Part shown: positions 1 through 11,255 of the stretch, piece after piece
Position numbering within the stretch: position 1 is the stretch's first letter
How the letters are laid out: each line of letters opens with the position of its first letter
Source: Octopus sinensis
Taxonomy: Eukaryota
Length of the DNA: 64,000 nt
Direction of reading: 5' to 3'
Assembly: GCF_006345805.1 (NCBI RefSeq)
Contig: NC_042999.1
Coordinates: 50,902,001 to 50,966,000 of the forward strand
The notes under the pieces: model-generated
What the model saw: only the letters and a program-made list of their open reading frames with translations
What the model was told of the DNA's origin: nothing
The model's database searches: none
Position numbers and translations under genes: made by a program

Positions 1-136
1 TGTCCATCACTTTCACTCACAAGGTACTGGTTGGTCCAGGACTATTCTAGAAGACATTTGCCAAATTGCTGCACAGTGGATCAGGTCCTTAAACTACTTA
101 GTCGCGAAACAAATTTGTTAACCACACAGCCATGCT
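1..136 (-). mobile_element. Degenerate 5' half of family A tRNA/CORE-like SINE
   Basis: Reverse complement reads GCATGGCTGTGTGGTTAA...GCAATTTGGCAAATGTCTTCTAGAATAGTCC, matching the head of better copies (e.g. 47385). Confidence 0.6.
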
Positions 137-712
137 ATGCCTACAAATATCCGAATATGTAAAAATTTTAAGAACAGTAAAAACATGGGCAAGAGAGGGG
201 TTTTTTTGTGTTAAAAGAAGCAGATAGGAGATAGAAAAATAAGAGAAGCTGCTGGAAATAAAGACACCTGGATTCTGTAGAAAACAAAAGGAAGATTATG
301 CAAAGTTGGAGGCAACCAAATTAGAAGAGAAACCAAAATTTCTGTTTACTAAGTGTTTGAAGATCAGATAAATATGTTTGCTTTCTTAATGATATTTATC
401 TTCATTTTTCAATCAATCAAATGAAATTTTTTAATGAAGAGCTATATCTGAACTATATCTGTATAACAAAAAAAATTATAATGTGGAATAAATCATTTTG
501 CTGTGAGGAAAAAGATAAGTCTATTATTTCACAGAGAATCCTTAATCTCTCTCATTCTCCCTCAGATAGAGAGTACTATCTAAAACCCTAAGGCCTCACT
601 TTCTCATGCTACTATAATTTGTCTCATTTTGGGAACTATTTAACTACTGCTTTCTGATGCTAACCATAATTGGTTTACTTAGATTTGCTTGCTCAGATTT
701 GACTATTTCATA

Positions 713-1380
713 CATCATCATCATCATCGTTTAACGTCTGTTTTCTGTGCTAGCACGGGTTGGACAGTTTGACCGGGGTCTGAGAAGCCAGGGGGCTGCA
801 CCAGGTTCCAGTCTGATCTGGCAGTGTTTCTACAGCTGGATGCCCTTCCTAACGCCAACGACTCCATGAGCGTAGTGGGTGCTTTTTACGTGCCTCCGGT
901 ACAGGTGCCAGGGGAGGCTGGCAGTGGTCACGATTGGTTGGTGCTTTTTACATGCCACCAGCACAGAAGCCAGTCAAGGTGGCGGTGGCATCAGCCACGT
1001 TCGAATGGTGCTTTTTACGTGCCACCGGCATAGGTATCACAACAACAACTTCCATTTGATATTTATTTTGATGCTGATGTACTTGACTCAATAGGTCTCC
1101 TCAAGCATAGCAGGTCATGTGCCACCAGCACAGAAGCCATTCAAGGCGGCGCTGGCATCAGCCACGTTCAGATGGTGCTTTTTACGTGCTGCTGGCACAG
1201 GTATTGTTACTACAATTTCCATTTGATATTTATTTTGATGTTGATGTACTTGACTCAATAGGTCTCCTCAAGCACAGCAGGTCACCTTATGATCCAAGGT
1301 AAGCACAGCAGGTTGTCCTGCAATCCAAGGTACTTTGGATGGGCTGGGGCTATGTGAAACTGGTGCAGGAAGCAGCCCGG
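713..1380 (-). mobile_element. RTE-type LINE 3' end (ORF end + hairpin-repeat 3' UTR + (GAT)n tail), with internal 167-bp tandem reiteration
   Basis: (CAT)n then TTTAACGTC...GGATGCCCTTCCTAACGCCAAC (reverse complement of the GGAAGGGCATCC RTE-type tail), followed by repeated GTGCCACCGGCAC units. ATAGGTCTCCTCAAGC occurs at 1091 and 1258. Confidence 0.8.
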
Positions 1381-1475
1381 GTTACATATGTTATATAAAT
1401 AAGTTATTGTAATCTGTGCCACAATCTTCATCATATAAAGACATTATGCAAATACAGCACAATGTGTGGTGTGGA

Positions 1476-1511
<36 letters not shown>

Positions 1512-1519
1512 TACACTAT

Positions 1520-1810
1520 CTATAAAGCTTCATCTATTCCATATTTGGTGGTCAATGTAGAAGCTAGGGATAGATGAGTGGTTGGTTAGAGCTGTACAAG
1601 CCATGTATAGGGATGCCATATTTAAGGTGAAGGTTAGCAATGAGTATCGCAATGAATTTAAGGTACAAGTAGGGGTTCACCAAGGATCAGTCTTCAGCCC
1701 ACGCTTGATCATCATAGTTCTCCAGGCAACAGCAGAGGAATTTAAAGGCAGACTGCTCCTAGGAGTTCCTCCATGTTGGTAACCTTGTTCTTATAGCTGA
1801 ATCACTATGA
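1520..1810 (+). mobile_element. RTE-clade LINE reverse transcriptase fragment (decayed)
   Basis: Translation KLGIDEWLVRAVQAMYRDA...VQVGVHQGSVFSPRLIIIVLQA then, after a frameshift, EFLHVGNLVLIAES. This corresponds to the RTE RT motifs GVHQGSVLSPLLF and (E)LLYADDLVLIAES. Confidence 0.9.
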
Positions 1811-1970
1811 TATATACTAGTGCAGACATGTAAGATAATTTATTATACACTAAACTAAAACATTTTTATATATTTTTATATACAGTTCTATATTTAAGAG
1901 ATGAGGAATTATGTGCAATAGTTACATTATTTACATTTGACGGATATTTGTCCTCATCTTGTTTGTTGTT

Positions 1971-2016
1971 AACACAATGTTTCGGCCGGTATACCCTCCA
2001 GCCTTCATCAGGTGTC
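1971..2016 (-). ncRNA. Minimal type-I hammerhead ribozyme motif
   Basis: GACAC-CUGAUGA-A-GGCUGG(AGGGUAUA)CCGGCC-GAA-ACAU-U-GUGUU. Stems I and II pair; the stem III palindrome ACGU has decayed to ACAU. Confidence 0.65.
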
Positions 2017-2074
2017 TTGGGGAAATTTCGAAAAATACCTTACGAATGAGAACCCAGATTCGAAATTTCCCCAA

Positions 2075-2120
2075 GACACCTGATGAAGGCTGGAGAGTAT
2101 ACCAGCTGAACCATTGTGTT
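2075..2120 (+). ncRNA. Minimal type-I hammerhead ribozyme motif (mutated core)
   Basis: GACAC-CUGAUGA-A-GGCUGG(AGAGUAUA)CCAGCU-GAAC-CAU-U-GUGUU; GAAA has changed to GAAC. Confidence 0.55.
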
Positions 2121-2287
2121 AACAACAAACAAGATGAGGATAAATATCTGTCAAATGTAAATAATGTATATTTTTACATGATGTTGGATGTGAAACAATC
2201 AGTATCCTATGGAAATCAAATGGTGAAAAAAATTATTCATCTCATACCTTCTGACTTTCTTTATGTATGTGTATTTGTGTGTGTGTG

Positions 2288-2319
2288 AGTATATATATAT
2301 AATATATATATATATATAT

Positions 2320-2353
<34 letters not shown>

Positions 2354-2359
2354 TGTATG

Positions 2360-2395
<36 letters not shown>

Positions 2396-2440
2396 TATGT
2401 ATGTATGTATGTATGTATATATATATATATATATATATAT
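2288..2440. repeat. (TA)n/(TATG)n compound microsatellite
   Basis: Direct reading. Confidence 0.95.
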
Positions 2441-2902
2441 TTGGTAAAATAGAAAGATGAATAATCTTGTTGCAGATTAATCAAAAGTTTAACCGATACC
2501 TTGGTAGCAAAAATCACAGCAGAAGAAAGCACGGTTGGAGATAAAACCATTTGGTGTTGCAACCGTGCGTTGGTGCGGATAATTGAATTTTAATATTATT
2601 AGTGAATTGAAGAAATGGAGCCTCCTCGTTCAAATTGCTTTACTGCGCCTCTGTTCTGTTTTGTTCTGCCAACGGAATTCCTATTTTTTTCCTGAAGAGA
2701 AAGCCACAATATGGTATCCTTATTTAATCAAAATTTGGAAAATTGTGGCTTTTGAAACATGTGTAGAATGCAATAAAATGAATTCTGTTCAATCTTCGTT
2801 CAACTCCATTTCTTCAATTCACTAATAATATTATATATATATATATATATATGTATGTATACATATATATATATGTATGTATATATATATATATATATAT
2901 AT

Positions 2903-3284
2903 ACTCTTTTACTCTTTTACTTGTTTCAGTCATTTGACTGTGGCCATGCTGGAGCACCGCCTTTAGTCAAGCAAATCGACCCCAGGACTTATTCTTTGTA
3001 AGCCCAGTACTTATTCTATCAGTCTCTTTTTGCCGAACCGCTAAGTGACGGGGACGTAAACACACCAGCATCGGTTGTCAAGCAAGGCTAGGGGGACAAA
3101 CACACACACACATATATATATACATATATACGACAGGCTTCTTTCAGTTTCCGTCTACCAAATCCACTCACAAGGCATTGGTCGGCCCGGGGCTATAGTA
3201 GAAGACACTTGCCCAAGATGCCACGCTGTGGGACTGAACCCGGAACCATGTGGTTAATTAGCAAGCTACTTACCACACAGCCAC
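2903..3284 (-). mobile_element. Family A SINE, near full length
   Basis: Reverse complement: GTGGCTGTGTGGTAAG head, CTTGGGCAAGTGTCTTCTAC CORE-like block, internal (TA/TG)n, and tail GGCGGTGCTCCAGCATGGCC...GACTGAAACAAGTAAAAGAG. Confidence 0.9.
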
Positions 3285-3531
<247 letters not shown>

Positions 3532-4643
3532 ATTGCATGTCTTTGCTTATCTGTATATATACATGTACGTACTAATCCATAGTTGGATGGATTAACAATG
3601 AATGGATTTTAGGAACCAAAACCATTTGGGGTTTCATAGAGAAAGCAGCTTTTGTTGAGAAGTATATCTAGCTTCTAATAACATACACCATCATTATATT
3701 CACAAATAAATCAATTGCTGAGCCAATTTGATTTTGAATTTCATGCTATATATTAATCTGCAAAAATAAGCATTTAGGGTATTTTGTAAGACTATCAAAG
3801 GTTTATTTATTGGCAAGTACAGTCTAATTTTTGATAAAGTTGTAAGCCTTGTATGTATATGGAATTTGCATGACATACGTATATGTATATGTATGTGTAT
3901 GTATATAAATATATATATATATACATACTCACATACATTAATATGTGCACATATATGCAAACAGGCATACATACACATACGTATATGCATATATATGCAT
4001 ACATGCACATTCATATATATATAGATACATACATCCAAACATGCATACTGAGATATACATACGTGTATATAGCATTTTTTCTGATGGGCGAATAATTGAA
4101 GAGATGGCGGTGTGGATTTCCACCTCAGCATCAGAAACTCAGAGTTTTATCATGGCTACCGAATAATTGTCATATATTACATTTACAGATAAATTTCTCT
4201 AGTTACATAATATCAAGATCTCTTTCATTCTTTTGTTGTTTTACTATTTTTATCAATATATATATACATATATTTTTTTAATATAAGGAAATCAATATCG
4301 AATTTTTCACAAAGATATACCCATATGAAAGACTTTATGTATTAAATATATATATATATATATAATATATATATATATATAAATAAATATCAAAAATATA
4401 AAAATGATGTATAAAATAAATTTGAAAGTTTAAAAGTTTTGAATTAAGTTTTTAAGCATCTTACGATCGTTTCGTAAAAAGGGTTGTCCCTATAATGAAG
4501 TCCTACATTGATAAGCACTTATAGAGAACCCTTCTGCTCTTCAGAGATATAAAATATGAATATTGAATAATGTATGGAATGATATTTTTTCTTAAAGTTT
4601 GAATTAAAATTGTAAAATGGTGTTTGTGGAAGATGTTGTAATA

Positions 4644-4693
<50 letters not shown>

Positions 4694-4780
4694 TATATAT
4701 TTATACATATACATAAATACATATTATATATATATGCATGAGTATACACACTCACAGACACACATATATATATACACATA

Positions 4781-4815
<35 letters not shown>

Positions 4816-5080
4816 TGTTGCTATATATATATATTGTTAAACAGTTGTATGTCCAAATTTAGCCAAATGCGTTTTTTCAATATTTATTTTTGCTTGCAAC
4901 AGCCAGGTCTTTTGGTCAAACTATCATATCTCCAGCTGCTTCAGATGCCAAGATATGAAAAATAGTCAAATGTAGTACAATGGTTTTGCTGTGGAATGGT
5001 GAAACTATTTTTTCGTTTTCTGAAAAAGCAATGTTTTGGACTTACGACACTTTTGTGTAATAGCACCGATATATATATCT

Positions 5081-6000
5081 TAAAGGGTACCCAAAAGAAA
5101 CTGGAATTTTGCAATATTATTTTATTCAGCCAGTTTTACATGTTTACATTTTATCACCTTGAAAGTATTCTCCATTTGAAGCAATGCATCAGTCCAGATG
5201 CATTTTCCACCATTCAAAGCAGTCCTGGAACTCTTGCAGTGAAGCCTTCTAATGCCTCCATTGTTTTTTCTTCTCCTCTTCCACATCTGCTAAACGTTTT
5301 TCTTTAACCATTTCGATACTGTATTTATTTTGAGATGCTCTGTGTTTCTTTCTGTTATTTCAGCCAGGTCGGTAACAAAAAGTTTAAAGACATTTTTCAT
5401 TCAGGGTAACAAAAAAAGTCACAGGAAGCAAGAACAACTTCAAACAGTTCGTTCATTTCACAACACACATTCAGTCATGACTGCTTTTGATCTTCCACAA
5501 GCAAGCGAAGCACAAATTTTGCTGCAACTTTTTCCATTTAGAATTCCTTGCTCAAAATTCATTGGCAGGAGCTCCAGAACACACCAGTCATATCACAAAT
5601 TGATTAGTTTTTTTACAATAGTTCTCCACGATCAGTTCATATACTTTTGTGATGTTTTCATTTGTTCGGGGGAATTGATGGCCACCCTGAACGAGGTTAG
5701 TCTTCAAGTGACAAGCGACCATTCCTAAAGCATGGAAACCACTCATAAACATGTGTTTTGCTTATGGCAGTGTACTTGTAAGTTGTTTCAAGCATGACAA
5801 TTGTTTTGGCTGCTGTCTGCCTCAGCGAAAAATAGAATTTCATGGAAGCATGTTGTTCCTTTCACAAACAAGGGAAAAGCACTACAAAACAAAGGCAAAC
5901 TGTGTGGTATGTACAATTTGAATTAATGACAGTGGTCAGCAGGCTGATGCTTGAACTCCCACAGAGAACGTTTCTGGTTACTTTTCGGTACCTCCTTGTG
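5081..6000 (-). mobile_element. Mariner-family DNA transposon, internally deleted and decayed
   Basis: TIRs AAGGGTACCCAAAAGAAACTGGAA and (reverse complement) GAGGTACCGAAAAGTAACCAGAA. Minus-strand translation EQHASMKFYFSLRQTAAKTIVML...KTHVYEWFPCFRNGRLSLED*PRSGWPS...KVAAKFVLRLL, then LASCDFFLLP and CIASNGEYFQGD. The catalytic core between these blocks is missing. Confidence 0.9.
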
Positions 6001-6184
6001 CATATATATATATGTACATACATATAAATATATATACATATATATCATCATCATCATCATCATCATTTAACGTCCGCTTTCCATGCGCTGAGCTGATGAA
6101 TCTGGTGAGCTGATGAATCCCCGGAACTTTCCATGAGATCCTCGGAACTTTCCAGGAAATTTCCGGCCAATTTTCCAGGATAAA

Positions 6185-6987
6185 CCAGTCCACAGGGAAT
6201 TTCAATCCCAGAGCCTAAGTCTGTGAGGGACCTGGGTATCGACATGAGTGATGATACCTCTTTCCAAGTGCACATTACCAGAATGGCGACAAAGTGCAGA
6301 CGACTGGGGTGGATCCTAAGAACATTCAGAACCAGAGATAAGGAAACCATGATGGTCCTCTGGCGGACATTCGTCCTCACTCGGGTGGATTACTGCTCAC
6401 AGCTATGGTCACCCACCAGTGTAAAATTAACAGCAGACCTTGAAGCAATCCAGAGAAGATTCACAAAGAAGATCATCTCTTTGCAACAGCTCAGCTACTG
6501 GGAAAGGTTGAAACAGCTAAGACTCTACTCCCTGGAGAGAAGATGGTAGAGGTATGCAGTAATATATGTCTGGAAGATCCTGGCAGGAATTGTGCCAAAT
6601 TTTGGCATTGTAAGCTACACCAATGCTAGAACGGGACGACACTGCATAGTGCCAAAAATCCCAGCAATGCCATCACGCTTCAGGACCAGCTTCTGCAAGA
6701 GCCTGGGTTTCAAGGGCCCACAGCTTTTTAATATTCTCCCAAAGAGTCTGAGGAACTTGCACAAAGTAGATGTAGCGGTTTTTAAATCAAAGCTGGACAT
6801 CTTCCTGTCAAGAGTCCCAGATGAACCTACCTCACGGCAAGAGGTGCAAATGAGAGTAGCTGTATCAAACTCCATTCTTCACCAAGTGCCACATATTAGA
6901 CGAGGTCCGTCGTAATAACAGTGTAGCACAAAACGGCGGTGCATCAGCATGGCCACAGCTCTGAGCTGAAACTAGAAAAAAAAAAAA
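6185..6987 (+). mobile_element. CR1-group LINE, 5'-truncated (RT C-terminal region + 3' end + poly-A)
   Basis: VRDLGIDMSDD...GWILRTFRTRD...RVDYCSQLWSP...LEAIQRRFTK...SYWERLKQLRLYSLERRW*RYAVIYVWKIL...FKGPQLFNILP...FKSKLDIFLSRVPDEP. One premature stop; A-tail at 6975-6987. Confidence 0.9.
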
Positions 6988-7380
6988 TATATATATATAT
7001 ATATACATACATACATATATATATGTATATATCTATATATATATACATACATATATATATATACATACATAGATATATATATATATATGCATACATATAT
7101 ACATATATATACTACATTCATTGGTAGATAAATAATTTCTTCATTTGTAAAATATGGCTACCATTGGTTTCATGTTAAGAAGAGCCAGAATATATCCAAG
7201 TATCTTAACAATTTCTCAAACCGATCACATGGAGATAGATGTTTGCCTCCATTTTGGAAAACAATCTCATTTCGTTGACAGGATTTCTCGTAAATTTACA
7301 TAAGCGAAACAATGAAACAATCAAGGACTGCTACTCTAGAAGGCATTTTTGGGAGTTTGTCTCTCTTGGATTTGTCTTTT

Positions 7381-7488
7381 CGATAGAATAAGTACTAAGC
7401 TACAAAGAATAAGTCCTGGGGTCAATTAGTTCGACTAAAGGCAGTGCTCCAGCATGGCCACAATCAAATGACTGAAACAAGTAAAAGA

Positions 7489-7490
<2 letters not shown>
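7381..7490 (+). mobile_element. Family A SINE 3' fragment
   Basis: GATAGAATAAGTACT...GGCAGTGCTCCAGCATGGCC...GACTGAAACAAGTAAAAGAG. Confidence 0.85.
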
Positions 7491-7539
<49 letters not shown>

Positions 7540-7754
7540 TATTTTAGCCATAATTTGCTGCCACCCTGCTGTCTATGTGGGCAGGCCATTGGTTGCTTTT
7601 TCATTTGAGGTGTGCTCCTGTAACCTTGTATCCTTTTGACCTCCAAAGTATTCTTATTGGATGACCTTTGACTACTCATGTGTTTCTCCACCCCTTGACA
7701 GGTTTTGTTCTTTTGTCCCATAGGGTGTCCAACAAACACCCACCTCATCAAGAA

Positions 7755-7982
7755 TTGGTTGTCAAGTGATGGTTGGGGGACAAACACAGACACAACGACG
7801 TAAATATATATATACATATATGATGGACTTCTTTCAGTTTCCGCCTACTAAATCAACTCACAGAGCTTTGGTTATCCCAAGGCTATAGTAGGAGACACTT
7901 GCCTACAGTAACACACAGTGGAACTAAACCTGAACCAAGTGGTTGGGAAGCAAGCTTCTTACCACACAGCTATGCCTGCGCC
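7755..7982 (-). mobile_element. Family A SINE 5' half
   Basis: Reverse complement of head and CORE-like block with internal microsatellite. Confidence 0.75.
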
Positions 7983-8702
7983 TATGGTAACCAAATCATT
8001 CATAAATAAAAATTGATATAACAAGTGCCAGACTGATATAAGTAAATGTGGTCAATATAATCTAATTGTCTATAATCCTTAAAGACACTGCTCTAGTATG
8101 ACCATGACCCAATGACAGAAATCAGTAAAAGAACTGAAGAATATCTATAGTTTATAAATATAAATATAAATACGCAAATTAGCTGATATGCACATGCTAA
8201 TGTCTCCGAGGTAATATATAATAATAGATACAATTAATTTGTTCCATGATAGAAAGAAAAAAACAAAACAAACATTATTCAGTTCCAATACAAAATCTAT
8301 ATGATATTTAGATATGAGGGGAATGTAAAAGCATGTATTACAAAATATTTTAAATAAAAGACACGCAAGTTTTATGTTAGGTCTTCCAAATATCGACAGT
8401 CAACATGCAATAGGAACCTCAATGCAAATAATGAAGATGATACAGTTTGTTCTAATGCAAATACTGCTCGTAAAAGGTCATAGCAAGCAGCATCATATAT
8501 CATCACCATTACGATGTAATCAATGAATGTCTTGCGATTACATTAGAGTTCCATTTTTCTTTTTATATCATTTTCTTTGCTGTTTTCTGCTTGGTATTTT
8601 TTTATACATTTACATATGTATTGTACTGCCTTGTGGTATATGTATGAAATATAACGCATTCTTCAGTTAATTTTTGTTACAACATTGTTTTCAGGGAATT
8701 AT

Positions 8703-8719
8703 CCTTATTATTATTATTA

Positions 8720-8753
<34 letters not shown>

Positions 8754-8792
8754 CATTATTATAATTATTATTGTTATTATTATTATTATTAT
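8703..8792. repeat. (ATT)n microsatellite
   Basis: Direct reading. Confidence 0.95.
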
Positions 8793-9455
8793 GTTTGAAA
8801 TATTAATTAAGTAGCACGCGCTCCTAGAGTTTAATTCTTTAAGCATTCACACATTTAGCCAAAAACATAAATAAGTATCAAAAATAGAAAACAATACAAA
8901 AAAAAAGAAAGCCTTTCAGAGAGTTTCACTTTCGAAGTCATGACTAATTCTTCTATCAAATTATTTATACAAATTCAAAAAATCAAAATAAATATACAAT
9001 TATCTACATTCAATGCTTGTCTTCTTATGTTTGAATCTACATGCATGAACATACACATACATACACACATACATACACATACATATAGGTTTAAGTATAT
9101 GTAGTTTCGTTTTATTATGCAGTGCTGTTGCACATCTGCAGATAGATTTTATACTATTTGTATGTACTTCAGGACAAGTGATTTAAATTTGCTTACTGGG
9201 ATATGTGGTGCAGTGCTGTACTCAAGACGACCTGCACACTACAACAGAATTGACATCACGCAAAAAGCATTACTGTGGGTGCTGATGCCACATAAAAAGC
9301 ACTGGTGATGCTGCCATGTAAAATGCACAGAGTTTGGTACCACCTAGAACACTATGTAAAATGGTTAACATTAGAAAGGGCTACATTAGAAAGGGCTACA
9401 AACTACAGTAGCATCCACCCTTAGGGGTTAGCCATATTCAAATGGCAATATATAT

Positions 9456-9456
<1 letters not shown>

Positions 9457-9546
<90 letters not shown>

Positions 9547-9547
9547 T
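9457..9547. repeat. (AGAT)n microsatellite
   Basis: Direct reading. Confidence 0.95.
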
Positions 9548-10071
9548 ACATACATATGTATGTCTATATATATTCATACACGTTCAACAGAAACTGTAGT
9601 CATATTTTCAGGAATATTTTGTCATGAGAAAATATCTTAAACACTGAGACGTACAATATCTTACGTTTCATACCAGAACTAGACACTTACAAAGGTTAAA
9701 AGATTTCTTTCTTTTTTTTTAAAGATTAGCTGAAGTAAACCTGAGTTATTAACTAATGTTCCACACATTCCACACATAAATAAACGTTTTGTTTTATTGA
9801 CATAAAAATAGATCCCTTTAAATACACATGTTCCAATAAAAGAAAGTGAAAATGATAGTAATTTGCTGAAGTCAATCGTCCAACCAGATATTCATGGCTT
9901 TTAGCAAGAGTTGCTTACTGGTGAACACTGTATTGATCAAAAGTAAATTACATCACTCAGCATAAAAATGATGCCTTTGGGATTCACTTGGAATTCCAAT
10001 TTATATAGATAGAATATACCATAGTAAAAATTACTGGGTCTGAGGATAAAAATTACAGTGATATGAAGAAT

Positions 10072-10235
10072 AGGTGCAGGAGTGGCTGTGTGGCAAGTAG
10101 CTTGTTTACCAACCACATGGTTCCAGGTTCAGTCCCGCTGTGTGGCACCTTGGGCAGGTGTCTTTTACTAAAGCCTCAGTAAGAACAAAGCCTTGTGAGT
10201 GGATTTGGTAGATGGAAACTGTAAGAAGCCCATCG

Positions 10236-10266
<31 letters not shown>

Positions 10267-10460
10267 GTGTGTGTGTTTGTGTGTCTGTGTTTGTCCCCCA
10301 ACATCGCTTGACAACCAATGCTGGTGCGTGGAGAGGGGAGGCTGGTATGCATGGGCGACTACTGGTCTTCCATAAACAACCTCGCCTGGACTTGTGCCTT
10401 GGAGGGAACTCTCCAGGTGCAAACCTATAGTCATTCATGACCAAAGGGAGTTTTAGAATT
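10072..10460 (+). mobile_element. Chimeric SINE: family A 5' part fused to family D 3' part
   Basis: A sequence runs to ACAACCAATGCTGGTG (10326), then continues as CGTGGAGAGGGGAGGCTGG...CATGACCAAAGGG, as in the D copies at 22690 and 39369. Confidence 0.8.
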
Positions 10461-10936
10461 AGGGGCAAAAAGTTAGGTTAATTTTCTTTGATGTTTTATC
10501 TAAATTAGCAGACATAATCTTAAACACGAAAAACAATGGTAGTATTACAAATAAAGAAATGGTTATTTTATAAAGAATTCTGATATAAAAACTTAATAAA
10601 AACATCAAATACATAAATATATAACCAGTAAATAGAAATTTTTGTGTAAGTCCAATGAAAATAAAGTGTATTAAATTGAATTGAAAATCCAGACTATATC
10701 TTATATATTCAATTTCTTACTGAATTCTACTAATACTTCTCAATCTATTTAACTTCTCCGAGGAGTTTCCTTTTGTCAGAATGTGAGTGCAATGAATTAC
10801 ATTTCAAGTCTACTTGAGTAAATTTTCTGACCCACTTTGCAACAAATAGAATTTTCATTATGTGAAACACATTGCAGAAGTACATTAAATGAAAACGCAG
10901 CTTCAGCATGTACTTCACAACAATTTTCTCATTCTT

Positions 10937-11255
10937 TCATCATCATCATCATCATAATCATCGTTGTCATCATCATCATCATCATCATCATCGTCATCAT
11001 CGTCATCGTCATCGTCATCATCATCTTCATTGTCATCATCATCATCATCGTCATCGTCATCATCGTCGTCGTCATCATCATCTTCATTGTCATCATCATC
11101 ATCATCATTGTCATCATCATCATCATCATTGTCATCATCGTCGTCGTCGTCGTCGTCATCATCATCGTCGTCGTTGTCATCGTTGTCATCATCATCATCG
11201 TCGTCGGCATCATCATCATCATCATCATTGTCGTCATCATCATTGTCATCATCAT
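10937..11255. repeat. ~320-bp (CAT/CGT/TGT)n trinucleotide tract, the expanded tail of the adjacent RTE-type element
   Basis: Direct reading; contiguous with TTTAATGTCTGTTTCCCATACCAGCATGGG. Confidence 0.9.

Larger units (their letters stand above)
1923..2168. mobile_element. Penelope-like non-autonomous inverted-repeat element (110-bp arms, 26-bp spacer) with a hammerhead motif in each arm
   Basis: 1923-2032 is the near-perfect reverse complement of 2059-2168. Each arm carries CTGATGA-stem-GAA(A)C. Confidence 0.8.

Noticed and set aside
9117-9308. ORF MQCCCTSADRFY... with acceptor-like site
   Set aside because: The sequence is a decayed RTE ORF-end/UTR copy (GCTGTACTCAAGACGACC; CCACATAAAAAGCAC).
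10780-10782. 3-nt microexon CAG|AAT|GTGAGT
   Set aside because: Signal only, with an unfavourable donor -1 base; such motifs are expected by chance in 64 kb.
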